A DNA stretch of 47,820 bases from Candidatus Aenigmarchaeota archaeon LH_S6 (GCA_023659935.1 JAGXOK010000003.1:1-47820); one strand, 5' to 3'; counted from the first letter of the stretch, positions 29,401 through 35,984 are shown. The notes: a model not told the origin generated them from the letters alone. Made by a program: numbers and translations.

Positions 29401-31893
29401 ATCAACACAGTATGAAGTTGTGTTGCAACCGATTCCATTATCAGAGCAATTTAATTCTATTGTTTGATTATCCTCTGTCCATTCTGAGGAAGAATTGTCT
29501 GTTGTGTTTGGTGGTGTGTTATCAACGGTTATATCAACTCTCTTTGTATTATTAAGGTTTCCCAAAGAATCATTTGCATAAATTGTAAGATTATATTCTC
29601 CATCTGATACAGAAGTTGTATCAAGAGTTCCAAGCCAATAACTTCCACTTTGAGATAAATCAGATGAGTTTGACCAAGTTGAATTACTCAAATTATAATA
29701 AACCTGGTCTACTGTTTGATTATCTGTTATAGTAGTATTTACTAATATATTCTCATTCACAAATCCTGAAGTAGGAGAAGTTATATTCACTTCAGGAGGT
29801 TTCTTATCTATTCTTATCAAAGAAGAGTTTTTTGTTTTTTCGTTATTTCCTGCATTATCAGTACTGTAATAATTAATATATTTCTCACAGATTTCTCCTT
29901 CTTCACAAGTTATATTTACTTTAGTAGTGTTATTGTAAACTTTTGTTGGATTACAAGTTTCAGATTTATTTGCAATACAATAGTAAGTTGTGTTACAACC
30001 TGAGCCAGGAGAGCCATCAGCCAAGTTAGGATCAGAACAACTTAGTTCTACTATTTGATTTTTTCCATACCAAGGTTCATCTACACTGGAGTTGTCTGTT
30101 GTGTTTGGAGGAGTTAAATCTATTGAAAAACCTCTCCCTGAAGAATTAAAGTTTCCTGCCAAATCTTCACAGGTTATATTCCAATTATGAGATCCCTCTA
30201 ATAAATTAGAAGCAGAAAAATTTGTATTTGTATTGTTTGAGACCGAAGAGTTTGTCTGGTTTAAAGTTCTATCTAAATAAAGGGAACAGTTTGCCTCAGG
30301 AGAAAATTCATCTGTAAAATTAAAAACAAAAGTCAAATTTGTTGAGTTCAGCCAGGCATCAACCTCAGGGGAAATTAGATTTATTGTTGAAGAGTTTCTA
30401 TCTAAGATTATCCAATCTGATACATAAGTTTCCTCACCATAATATCCCAAATTTCCTGCTTTATCTCTAATTCTCACATAAATTGTCCTGTTTCCATCTC
30501 CTGAATTACAACCAAAATTTGAATCTGTAATATTAAAATTGGAATAAGTTTTCTGGTAAGGAACCCAATCTGTCCAATTTGTGTTATTGCAGGAAAAAGC
30601 CATATAATCTGTATCTTCCAGATCGGCAGAATTAATCTTTATTTCTGGTTTTTCTTTATCGGTATATCTGTCTCCATCTTCTATTTTTATTGGGGGTTTG
30701 TTAAATCCTGGCTGAATTTTATCAACCACAAAACTATAATTATCAAATTTTCCCCAATATCCATCAGAATCATTACAATGAGTATTAACTATATAAATAC
30801 CAGAATAATCACTGACATTAATACTTCCATTCACCACTTCATTTGAAGAATCAAAATTTCCATCAGTTGCATTCATACCTGTTCCATTTCCTTCCCCTGT
30901 TGAATTAACAAAAAACTCTGCTCCTGTTATGTTTCCAAAAAGTTGTGGATTAATACAGGTTGCATTTACTTTAGGGTTCATCTTTCTAAGACAATAATCA
31001 GCTTCCGGATTACAGGTAATATTTAAATCCTCCCAATTTGTATTATCAAGACTTCTCGCATAAAATTTTGTCCCCTCTGTTTTTGGACTCCCTAAATAAT
31101 TAATTGTCCTGTTCATCACTGTTATCCTCTCATCACTATTATTAATTCCCTCAAAACCAAAGGCAAAATAAGCAACTTTATAACCCTCTGAACCTCCTGT
31201 ATCTGCTTTTATCGCTCCTGGAAGATCATCTTTCTGTAATGTGTACCAATCACCTGTGTCACATTTTACTACTCCAGATTTTTCTGTACTATAAGCAAAT
31301 ACATTTTCGTCTGTTGCTTCCTCACCATTATGCCAAATTAAAGAAGGATACTCTTGATTTTCTGCTCCCCCACTAATATTTATTAATAATCCATCCCCTA
31401 TTTCATCATTACTCTCCCCAATCAAATTGTAATCATCTATATCATCCTTACAATAAATTGCATGTAAATAATCCTCATAAAAATCAGTTGCACCAATATC
31501 ATATCCAATATCCTGCCCTGTTATGAATAATTTACCTCCATTATCTAAGTATTTTTGAAGTTCTTCCTGATCTGTAGAGGTTAAAGTAAAAAAAGGGTCA
31601 CCATAATCGTTTCCAGTAAACCAGATAACAATATCATAGTTTTTCATTCCCCCAATATCTTCATCACAATCCCCTTCTCCATCATAAGCAGGTCCACTAT
31701 CAGTTCCATCTGGTACGGTACAGTTAGTATAATTCAAATCAAGGGAATCCAAGGCTTGAGTATAATAAGGGGCAAGATCAGAATTACTATAATCATAATG
31801 AGCATCTTTAACCAGCAAAATATTCTCCTGTGGACTTGCAAAAACACAGTTTATGGATAACAGCAGAAATAAAACTAAAACTATCCTTTTCAT
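23422..31893 (-). CDS. Giant (2823 aa) surface protein: signal peptide, many Ig-like/beta-sandwich repeats, TM segments and an OB-fold-like C-terminal domain
   Basis: Signal peptide MKRIVLVLFLLLSINCVFASP. Extremely dense in N-x-S/T sequons. Five copies of a PPNTTDNSS...CSD.GSGCN.T.YC...IRIDK(K/Q)PPE module. A TM helix WSLILLVILTLIFSYLITQII near the C-terminus, then a basic coiled region, a second hydrophobic helix, and a terminal VTLKGEVSFIQKTSKEEFIYKIRDETGDIYIFSNKE... segment. Confidence 0.9.
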   Translation of the reverse strand: MKRIVLVLFLLLSINCVFASPQENILLVKDAHYDYSNSDLAPYYTQALDSLDLNYTNCTVPDGTDSGPAYDGEGDCDEDIGGMKNYDIVIWFTGNDYGDPFFTLTSTDQEELQKYLDNGGKLFITGQDIGYDIGATDFYEDYLHAIYCKDDIDDYNLIGESNDEIGDGLLINISGGAENQEYPSLIWHNGEEATDENVFAYSTEKSGVVKCDTGDWYTLQKDDLPGAIKADTGGSEGYKVAYFAFGFEGINNSDERITVMNRTINYLGSPKTEGTKFYARSLDNTNWEDLNITCNPEADYCLRKMNPKVNATCINPQLFGNITGAEFFVNSTGEGNGTGMNATDGNFDSSNEVVNGSINVSDYSGIYIVNTHCNDSDGYWGKFDNYSFVVDKIQPGFNKPPIKIEDGDRYTDKEKPEIKINSADLEDTDYMAFSCNNTNWTDWVPYQKTYSNFNITDSNFGCNSGDGNRTIYVRIRDKAGNLGYYGEETYVSDWIILDRNSSTINLISPEVDAWLNSTNLTFVFNFTDEFSPEANCSLYLDRTLNQTNSSVSNNTNTNFSASNLLEGSHNWNITCEDLAGNFNSSGRGFSIDLTPPNTTDNSSVDEPWYGKNQIVELSCSDPNLADGSPGSGCNTTYYCIANKSETCNPTKVYNNTTKVNITCEEGEICEKYINYYSTDNAGNNEKTKNSSLIRIDKKPPEVNITSPTSGFVNENILVNTTITDNQTVDQVYYNLSNSTWSNSSDLSQSGSYWLGTLDTTSVSDGEYNLTIYANDSLGNLNNTKRVDITVDNTPPNTTDNSSSEWTEDNQTIELNCSDNGIGCNTTSYCVDTTGTCTPNITYSSTNKIEIGCNEGEVCKNYIRYRSNDSLGNLEDIETSNQIKIDKKPPEISIDSPEENETKSGIVSLETTITEDVGVNESWYKIVNKTNKSQVFDEGNLTGDFDTTWNSTADISERENVTFLVSANDSLGNPKYNTSRNFTVDNSLPSVVIYYPKMIYLNQSFDLNLTAVATSNNNLSFASYNITNSTGDTAANNSTATNQAEFSFTDFINISDWSDGKYNLSFYANQTNGNEGTDLNWFSVDRVAPNTTDSTNSTWNSTWFKQNKIVNLTCLDPNLSDGTSGSGCDKTLYCINNSDGNCTPNQNYQNPVEVSCSEDNTCNKTVFYHSNDTVGNQENVNKSNLILIDKQAPNTTDNSSSEWTNKNQTIELNCSDSGSGCNTTSYCVDTSGTCEPTDIYNNTNKIKIGCNEGYVCKNYIRYRSNDTLGNLENIKTSEEIRIDKQVPNTTDNSSVSEPWYGKNQTIELTCSDEGSGCNSTYYCIANKSETCTLNVTYNDTTKINITCEEGEICEKYISYYSLDKAGNNETIKNSSLIRIDKKPPEIRDCIINISEDQNFNDSRIYLGDSVNFSTDITDLREVSKVSVNITNSSTSEIKILDLKSGDQTNGTWTTSITPTEIGLYNITKVFANDSLGNLNETELNLSFKVVEPSVEIDFGENNEIDAGRDSSFNLTFNFNKTVSNQNLTLYIPDSDYYSNLTSWNCVNCNFSNPNVTVGQNITGLKLNTSISVGTPSQDLNSTWNLEFLGKNYSETTKIKTPLLNITNITCNRCNSFNEKTCIVNQSRGFYLNFTIKNENLTNHTGEAYNVLFNLSSGIKEKSVSLGDLESDSSNYTEVDFNISDVGIYTLNIRVEEGTGNYTTTKSYKVKVEDIKLPELLGKSWSSNLDNFISDINTSINKSFNKNETVEYFVKAKDNVEIENVFAEIFNNSNYTNKSLNLESQYTEFDIWKFTNKTDNLGTYNITKIYLNDTSGNLEEVNLTDFFEIIELNLSSSLSNQSIEINKTQIFSANISGNASAISKVEAKISKPDNSIETINFNFENETNNIYLYNGNYSNIDLSGNYSVNTTVILSSKINKTEQANFNVSYGNISINAEDRTLVENTSYDLPIFIVPNKGDLLNISVNISIENEIIINSTNKTSNIGDILWKDNYQGKGVFFPIDSTANGTTTINITAYSPNLNESKSKSINISVIQNDNTPPEINKFNYYNKTNLNNINKFVINTTENETAIKNVSVEVTWPYNTTKNNISATLNPNNLYEINFNGTTENGTYEFKIYSCNLAGKCTNTTTEEFNVTNKYETVTLTYNPYNKGDKIDFNVSVKDVRNLSVEGFNLTLILNKDGENVTLVNNTITNFGSYQIEPEDEPGADKTSAASTDYIIYVNVKKNGNKGEYDESFVVSEEIPTEIIYPETGYYPPNTGVDMNVSVVDMHSEVVEGAAVTAYCPKCTKDYARLTFDSETGRYKGSSIFTAPNENFEIFVYSSSYFGGNLGYTGRMFTTTKTPEGESKTGGETTTGGNGGVPGITNCTCTEWKDKGCGLSNCSATEKYQTRVCNPAGCSAEKQCVYNPVCIPEKDFRISIDQEILEIDQGKTKKDSIKLENIGGAKLSLTISAEKECCDLNYTKSLELEKKETKVLPILVHPNLSQGAGEYSIKFKVESEGVEKEENLRIVVKENPSISYLKSIKNKLPKLEEEIKKYKETGVDVTDLEIKIREIKTLIENSTLSIKTDSLDNLKKQTDEINLKVGYIENKLLTLKIKKFLLENKWSLILLVILTLIFSYLITQIIYPHFRLSREIRSLEEKKQGLVNSRKETEKKYFLRKINEKTFKDILVKTQQTIFEVRGKIRGKKENKESLLKEKLVPTALLIWIISLPVSFFRYLKGLVTKLKHKFGKIKLKDKVNIKRKKLKIKQMISDPKFVNREVTLKGEVSFIQKTSKEEFIYKIRDETGDIYIFSNKELKEGENTITGVLCKSMIGQMYVEIKV
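27746..28041. repeat. Intragenic repeat R5 (pairs with R1 at 29794..30110)
   Basis: Long near-identical stretches seen by eye, e.g. ggaggtttcttatc[a/t]attcttatcaaagaagagtttttt... and ...ccataccaaggttca...gtgtttgga. Boundaries are approximate. Confidence 0.75.
28042..28322. repeat. Intragenic repeat R4 (pairs with R2 at 29228..29512)
   Basis: Shared runs such as atcattacttctataccttatgta[a/g]tttttacaaac and caacacagtatgaagttgtgttgca[g/a]cc...gagcaatttaattctattgtttg. Boundaries are approximate. Confidence 0.7.
29228..29512. repeat. Intragenic repeat R2 (pairs with R4)
   Basis: See 28042..28322. I estimate the pair at roughly four-fifths identical by eye; this was not computed. Confidence 0.7.
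29794..30110. repeat. Intragenic repeat R1 (pairs with R5)
   Basis: Same module as 27746..28041, with about 21 extra nt encoding the PNLADGSPGSG-type insert. Boundaries are approximate. Confidence 0.75.
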
Positions 31894-31955
31894 AATAAAG
31901 TAAAGTCATATTTAATAAACTAATAAATTCTTTGATTTATCCTTGATATTCTTAA

Positions 31956-32025
31956 ACTATCCCTTAATTATAGGTAAATAAAAGTATTAATTAAAATGTT
32001 AATTTTTCTTTTAAATAATCTTTTA
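31956..32025. repeat. Left copy of a 70-bp direct repeat bounding a 1776-bp insertion
   Basis: actatcccttaattataggtaaataaaagtAttaattaaaatgttaatttttcttttaaataatctttta. One mismatch (A/G) relative to 33732..33801. Confidence 0.9.
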
Positions 32026-32125
32026 TAAAGGTGTGTGAAATAAAATAATAAACTAATCAATTCTCTCCAGGAAGCCTAATTTCGCACACTTACTTCACTA
32101 AAGAGATAATTTCCATCTTACTATT

Positions 32126-32728
32126 TTAGATTCTAAATCTGCTGAATTCCCTGAGACTTATTTTGTCGCAGATAATACTGTCAATAGCAGTTATCAATAT
32201 TGCACTCAATGAAGCAAAAACAACAGATGTTTTTCTTATGATCCCTCTAACTTTCTGCCAACCTTTATCCATAGCATTCTTTATAATTGCATTGAATTGC
32301 TCAACTAAGCCTTTTATTGGTTAAGTCAATTAAAAAGGCTTAAGCCAAAAATATAAATTGGATAAAACCTATCTTTTCTTCTTTAGTATCATAGGTGTTT
32401 TAAATCTTCTCTCATCTCTCCTTCTATTCTTTGCTATTATTGGTTTTGCTTTAATTTTCCTGCAGGCTTTTCTATTAGTCTCCAAAGCATAACCAGCATC
32501 TGCTAAAATAAGTTCACAAGAAACCAATAACTCTGGTAAGAAAGGGGAATCATGTTTGTTTCCTGTTGTTAGAATTACTTTTAGAGGCAATCCAAGCTGG
32601 TTTACAGAAAGATGTGTCTTAAAACCTTTGAAGGCTCCTCTCGAGTAAAACCAACTTTGGCATCTGCCTTTCTGAGATGGAGCAATCTCTTTGTTTACCG
32701 TTAATCTTACTATATTGGTACCTCTCAC
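32126..32728 (-). pseudogene. IS4/IS5-family DDE transposase remnant (N-terminally truncated, three in-frame stops)
   Basis: The listed ORF 32369..32728 (…GFKTHLSVNQLGLPLKVILTTGNKHDS…ILADAGYALETNRK…) continues in the same frame after TAG (32369), TAA (32330) and TAA (32321) into …GLVEQFNAIIKNAMDKGWQKVRGIIRKTSVVFASLSAILITAI… This is the typical IS5-type C-terminus that carries the catalytic Glu. Confidence 0.7.
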
Positions 32729-32832
32729 AACGAAAATTGTTAATTTTGGTTAATTTCGCACATCTCTAAAGTGAAAAAATAAAAAAGGTTTTTTCGGATT
32801 GTTCCGTACTCTCCTGACTGGTTAAAGTTGGT

Positions 32833-33447
32833 TTAGTCAGCTACCTGGCTGAGATCAAATACTACCTTGATGACCACGCCATCCCCCTGGGGAGCGTTAC
32901 TATACTTATCAGTAGGATCCAGCGTTACATCGAGCCTCAGTTTTTCCTTCTCATCTGCGGTAAGACCAACCTGGTCAGACAAGTCAGCATTAGCCACCTC
33001 CTTAAGGTCTATGTAGGTATTTCCATCACTATTAGTATCACTAATCCCTGAAAGAAGGTTATTGGCCTCCCAGGTAAGTGTCTCAACCTTAAGAGCTTCA
33101 GCGTACTCAGTATCACTCATATCGTTGCCACTAGCATCCGGAGATTTTGGGTTGTTGCCATCCGCCTCGCCTGTGATGCTGATGCTTAGGTCCATCTGTG
33201 CTCCATCTATGGTTCCAGAATTGAATACAGTTATGGACTGTGCCACATTATCTACTCCAGGTGCCAAATTGGTCAAGCCGCTGACGAAAGCTGCAGAAGT
33301 GTCAGGCGTCAAGTCCAGCGTCCCTGCAGTAAAAGTATTACCTGTTGATTCTTCTGTATCACTGAAAAATGCTCCTGTCATTGCTCCTCCGACTGCCATT
33401 GCAGTTAATCCGATTACTAACACACTCATCAAGATTTTTGTATTCAT
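32833..33447 (-). CDS. TasA/camelysin (peptidase M73-like) family secreted protein with SipW-type signal peptide
   Basis: MNTKILMSVLVIGLTAMAVGGAMTGAFFSDTEESTGNTFTAGTLDL...NLAPGVDNV...FNSGTIDG... parallels B. subtilis TasA (GGGTWAAFNDIKSKDATFASGTLDL...NLKPGD...NNGSL) as I recall it. My hand-counted G+C in two 60-nt samples was 52% and 43%. Confidence 0.75.
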   Translation of the reverse strand: MNTKILMSVLVIGLTAMAVGGAMTGAFFSDTEESTGNTFTAGTLDLTPDTSAAFVSGLTNLAPGVDNVAQSITVFNSGTIDGAQMDLSISITGEADGNNPKSPDASGNDMSDTEYAEALKVETLTWEANNLLSGISDTNSDGNTYIDLKEVANADLSDQVGLTADEKEKLRLDVTLDPTDKYSNAPQGDGVVIKVVFDLSQVAD

Positions 33448-33493
33448 TTTTTCATCTGAATATAATTTGTAAGAAAACTTTAAATACTTTTAG

Positions 33494-33540
33494 ATAATTG
33501 TAATTGTTCCGTAATTGTTCCGTAATTGTTCCGTAATTGC
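33494..33540. repeat. Tandem 11-bp repeat (gtaattgttcc x3 plus partial units)
   Basis: ataattg taattgttccg taattgttccg taattgttccg taattgc, located upstream of the TasA-like gene. The core attgttccgta recurs once at 32798..32808, downstream of that gene. Confidence 0.85.
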
Positions 33541-33731
33541 TTTAAAGTAAAAGTTTCTGTATGAACCCTCTGAGAGTATCTAAGCATATCAAGTCTTCTT
33601 TGAAAACTTTGATGAAAAAGGTCTTACATACTTAAAACCTCTTTGCACTTTCTTACAAACTTCAAAATCTTAGAAATTCTTCTTACCATAACTGACTTAG
33701 AGGCTCTAAATCAGAGGATTTCTACAGAACC

Positions 33732-33801
33732 ACTATCCCTTAATTATAGGTAAATAAAAGTGTTAATTAAAATGTTAATTTTTCTTTTAAATAATCTTTT
33801 A
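33732..33801. repeat. Right copy of the 70-bp direct repeat (immediately upstream of KaiC-like gene 33821)
   Basis: Same 70 nt with a single A/G difference; offset exactly 1776 bp. Confidence 0.9.
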
Positions 33802-33820
33802 AATATAAATAATATATATT

Positions 33821-34486
33821 ATGGCAGAAATAAAAAGAATCAAAACAGGAATTCCGGGTTTAGACAAATTGATTGAGGGAGGTCTTTTAGAAAATTCTGT
33901 AACTTTAGTAAGTGGTGGAACAGGGACTGGGAAAACAATTCTTTCAATGCAATTCCTAAAGAAATTAGCAGAAAACAAAGAGAAGGTTTTATATATTTCA
34001 ACAGAAGAAAATGAGAAGAGTATAAAAGAAGGTTTTAAAATTTTTGGATGGGATCTGGATAAATTGAAAATAGAGGTTATGAATCTTGGCCCTGATGAGT
34101 TAGAAGAAGAGTGGGAGCCTTTATTATCAAATAAAATAGACAGGGAAAAAGTAAAAAGAGTGGTGATTGATTCAATCAGTCTTACAGGTATTTATTACAG
34201 AGATGAATATAGTACGAGGAAATATATTTACAGACTTATTTCCTCTCTAAAAGAGAGGAATATTACCTGCTTATTAACTTCAGAGGTTCCTGAAAATGAG
34301 AAAAGTCTTAGTAAAATGGGTGTAGAAGAATTCGTTTGTGATGGAGTTATTTTGCTGCAATTCCTTGGAATGGGTGGAAAGTATGAAAGGGGTCTGACAG
34401 TAAGAAAGATGAGATGGACTAATCATACTCAGGAAACACACCCCTACAAAATGGTAAAAGGTAGAGGAGTTGTCTTGAGAAAATAG
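33821..34486 (+). CDS. KaiC-like single-domain RecA-superfamily ATPase (intact Walker A)
   Basis: IKTGIPGLDKLIEGGLLENSVTLVSGGTGTGKTILSMQF..., STEE, Walker B RVVIDSIS, and the C-terminal VRKMRWTNH motif. Confidence 0.85.
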   Translation: MAEIKRIKTGIPGLDKLIEGGLLENSVTLVSGGTGTGKTILSMQFLKKLAENKEKVLYISTEENEKSIKEGFKIFGWDLDKLKIEVMNLGPDELEEEWEPLLSNKIDREKVKRVVIDSISLTGIYYRDEYSTRKYIYRLISSLKERNITCLLTSEVPENEKSLSKMGVEEFVCDGVILLQFLGMGGKYERGLTVRKMRWTNHTQETHPYKMVKGRGVVLRK

Positions 34487-34509
34487 TTTATTTTCTTTTA
34501 GTTTTATTT

Positions 34510-34590
34510 ATGGATAAAGTAAAAACCTATATATCAGGATTGGATGAATTAACTGAAGGTGGTTTAATCAAAAAAATAAAAATTATCTAA
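34510..34590 (+). pseudogene. 5' remnant (26 codons) of a KaiC-like gene
   Basis: [26 protein letters not shown]. The first ~60 nt closely match the start of 38918..39637 (MEKVKTYISGLDELIEGGLIPNS...). It ends 8 nt into the convergent fae gene. Confidence 0.7.
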
Positions 34591-35071
34591 AAGGATGTTT
34601 TGCTGCGTTCTTCTTTTCTAGAACTTCCTTTATTGAAGGTTCATTATTCATTGCTCTTTTTATTGCTAATTTTACTGCTTCATAGTTGTATTCATAGATT
34701 TTAGCCTTATCTTTTGCTTGTGGGTGAATAAATACTGAGCAGACTATCACAAGGTCCTCAACTTTCTTTTTTTCTATTACTCCTTCTTCAACACAGTCCG
34801 CAACTGCCTTGGCAACTGCTGCTTGAGCAGGACCAAAGATTAAGCCTGCTTGTTCCATCCCTTTTATTGTTACTTTTGGCACAATTAAAGTTGAAGGTTT
34901 TGGTTGTAAATTTGGCTCCAAAACTGCAAGCAAAGGAGTATGTCCCTCTTTTGGCTCTGCTAAAGAACTTGCAAATGCTTCCCCAACTGCACCTTCCTTA
35001 CCTCCAATTATCAAGTCTATATGAGCAATCTCATTTCCGGCTCCAATCAAAGCTTCGCCAATTTTCACCAT
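34583..35071 (-). CDS. fae: Formaldehyde-activating enzyme
   Basis: From the ATG at 35071: [27 protein letters not shown]...[17 protein letters not shown]...[12 protein letters not shown]...[28 protein letters not shown]...AAKHPF. This aligns along its whole length with the Methylobacterium Fae sequence as I remember it. Confidence 0.85.
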   Translation of the reverse strand: MVKIGEALIGAGNEIAHIDLIIGGKEGAVGEAFASSLAEPKEGHTPLLAVLEPNLQPKPSTLIVPKVTIKGMEQAGLIFGPAQAAVAKAVADCVEEGVIEKKKVEDLVIVCSVFIHPQAKDKAKIYEYNYEAVKLAIKRAMNNEPSIKEVLEKKNAAKHPFR

Positions 35072-35097
35072 AATTATATTAATATATAACAAGAAGA

Positions 35098-35610
35098 CTA
35101 CCTGTGTTTATATATTTTATAAATTTCATAACATTTTCCTGTTTTTTCATCGTATTTTAAATAACTTGCATGGACATGTCTATCTAAAAGCCTTGATAGA
35201 TTCCTTTCCATAAAATACAAACTAAATCTGCATAAAGGACAGGCTCCTCTTTCTAAAGTTTTTCTGTTAACTGTTAAAATACAATTACTTTCCCTAAAAC
35301 TAATAACCATTTCTGTATATCCTTTTTTCTCTTCTATTGATTCAATTTTAAGTTCACCAACTGTTCCTAGCTTAGCCCATAACTTTTCTAAATGTTTGCC
35401 TGCATCTTCAACTTTATCAAATTTTGGCAAAGTCTTAAAACCAACATCTGATAGTGCATAGCCTATTTCTCTCAAAAAAACTTCTCCTGCTCTACCTGCT
35501 ATTTTTGTACCTGCCTTATCTATTGCTTCCAAAACTGAAACTAAATTAGATTCATAACGCTCAACAATTTTTTCTTTGCTCATCCCCTCTATAAACTTTG
35601 GTACTACCAT
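35098..35610 (-). CDS. V4R (4-vinyl reductase-like) domain protein
   Basis: The C-terminal pattern ...FRESNC...[21 protein letters not shown]...[12 protein letters not shown] resembles the Cys-containing V4R small-molecule-binding domain. Operonic with the Roadblock and GTPase genes. Confidence 0.45.
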   Translation of the reverse strand: MVVPKFIEGMSKEKIVERYESNLVSVLEAIDKAGTKIAGRAGEVFLREIGYALSDVGFKTLPKFDKVEDAGKHLEKLWAKLGTVGELKIESIEEKKGYTEMVISFRESNCILTVNRKTLERGACPLCRFSLYFMERNLSRLLDRHVHASYLKYDEKTGKCYEIYKIYKHR

Positions 35611-35615
35611 TTTAT

Positions 35616-35981
35616 CTAACTCAAAAGCCTGCTAATTTTATTACTTGCTTTTTCCATACTAATCAAAACTAAACCTATATTTGCATCTTTGTTTATTAAA
35701 CAAACTAGAAAAGCTTCCTTCCCAGACCCTATAGCAACATATTGTCCATCGGTTGCATCTACTAAAACTTTTTTGAATTTACCAATTTTTAATTCATTTG
35801 TAGATGTCTCTGCAGTTCCAACAATTGCTGCAGCCATCGCAGAAACATTTCTTGCATCAACATCTTGAGATAACTTAGAGATAATAAGTAAACCATCTTT
35901 TCTGATAATTAAAGAGCCTAAGATATCACCAACATCTCGCAATTCTTTAAGTATATCTTCCAACTCTTTTTTGCTTACCAT
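35616..35981 (-). CDS. Roadblock/LC7 (MglB-like) domain protein
   Basis: 121 aa. LKELRDVGDILGSLIIRKDGLLIIS...NVSAMAAAIVGTAETSTNEL.IGKFKKVLVDATDGQYVAIGSGKEAFLVCL. Starts 3 nt downstream of the GTPase gene. Confidence 0.8.
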   Translation of the reverse strand: MVSKKELEDILKELRDVGDILGSLIIRKDGLLIISKLSQDVDARNVSAMAAAIVGTAETSTNELKIGKFKKVLVDATDGQYVAIGSGKEAFLVCLINKDANIGLVLISMEKASNKISRLLS

Positions 35982-35984
35982 AAT

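Larger units (their letters stand above)
32026..33731. mobile_element. Putative integrated cassette: decayed IS5-like transposase plus a foreign-composition TasA-like gene
   Basis: Bounded by the 70-bp direct repeats. Contains a transposase pseudogene and a gene with clearly higher G+C than its surroundings. Confidence 0.45.

Noticed and set aside
23600-29555. Plus-strand ORFs inside the 2823-aa gene (23600..24013, 24420..24650, 25084..25338, 27338..27559, 27981..28388, 28469..28690, 29042..29254, 29055..29555) and the alternate-frame minus ORF 24804..25010
   Set aside because: These are antisense or out-of-frame products of an N/T/S/E/K-rich repeat gene. The two longest (27981.. and 29055..) simply mirror the intragenic repeats R4/R5 and R2.
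27746-30110. Whether the regularly spaced repeats here, or the 11-bp tandem at 33494..33540, could be a CRISPR array
   Set aside because: The repeats are ~300 bp long, imperfect, and lie inside a continuous coding frame. The 11-bp units have no spacers. No cas genes are present.
32077-32762. The 12-nt taatttcgcaca copies at 32077 and 32751 as terminal inverted repeats of the IS remnant
   Set aside because: They are in direct, not inverted, orientation and are short. I mention them only as a detail of the insertion finding, not as IS ends.
33062-33472. 136-aa plus-strand ORF
   Set aside because: It is antisense to the TasA-like gene. The higher G+C of this segment lowers stop-codon frequency and so produces a long spurious frame. 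The product is Ala/Ser/Val/Pro-rich with no motif.
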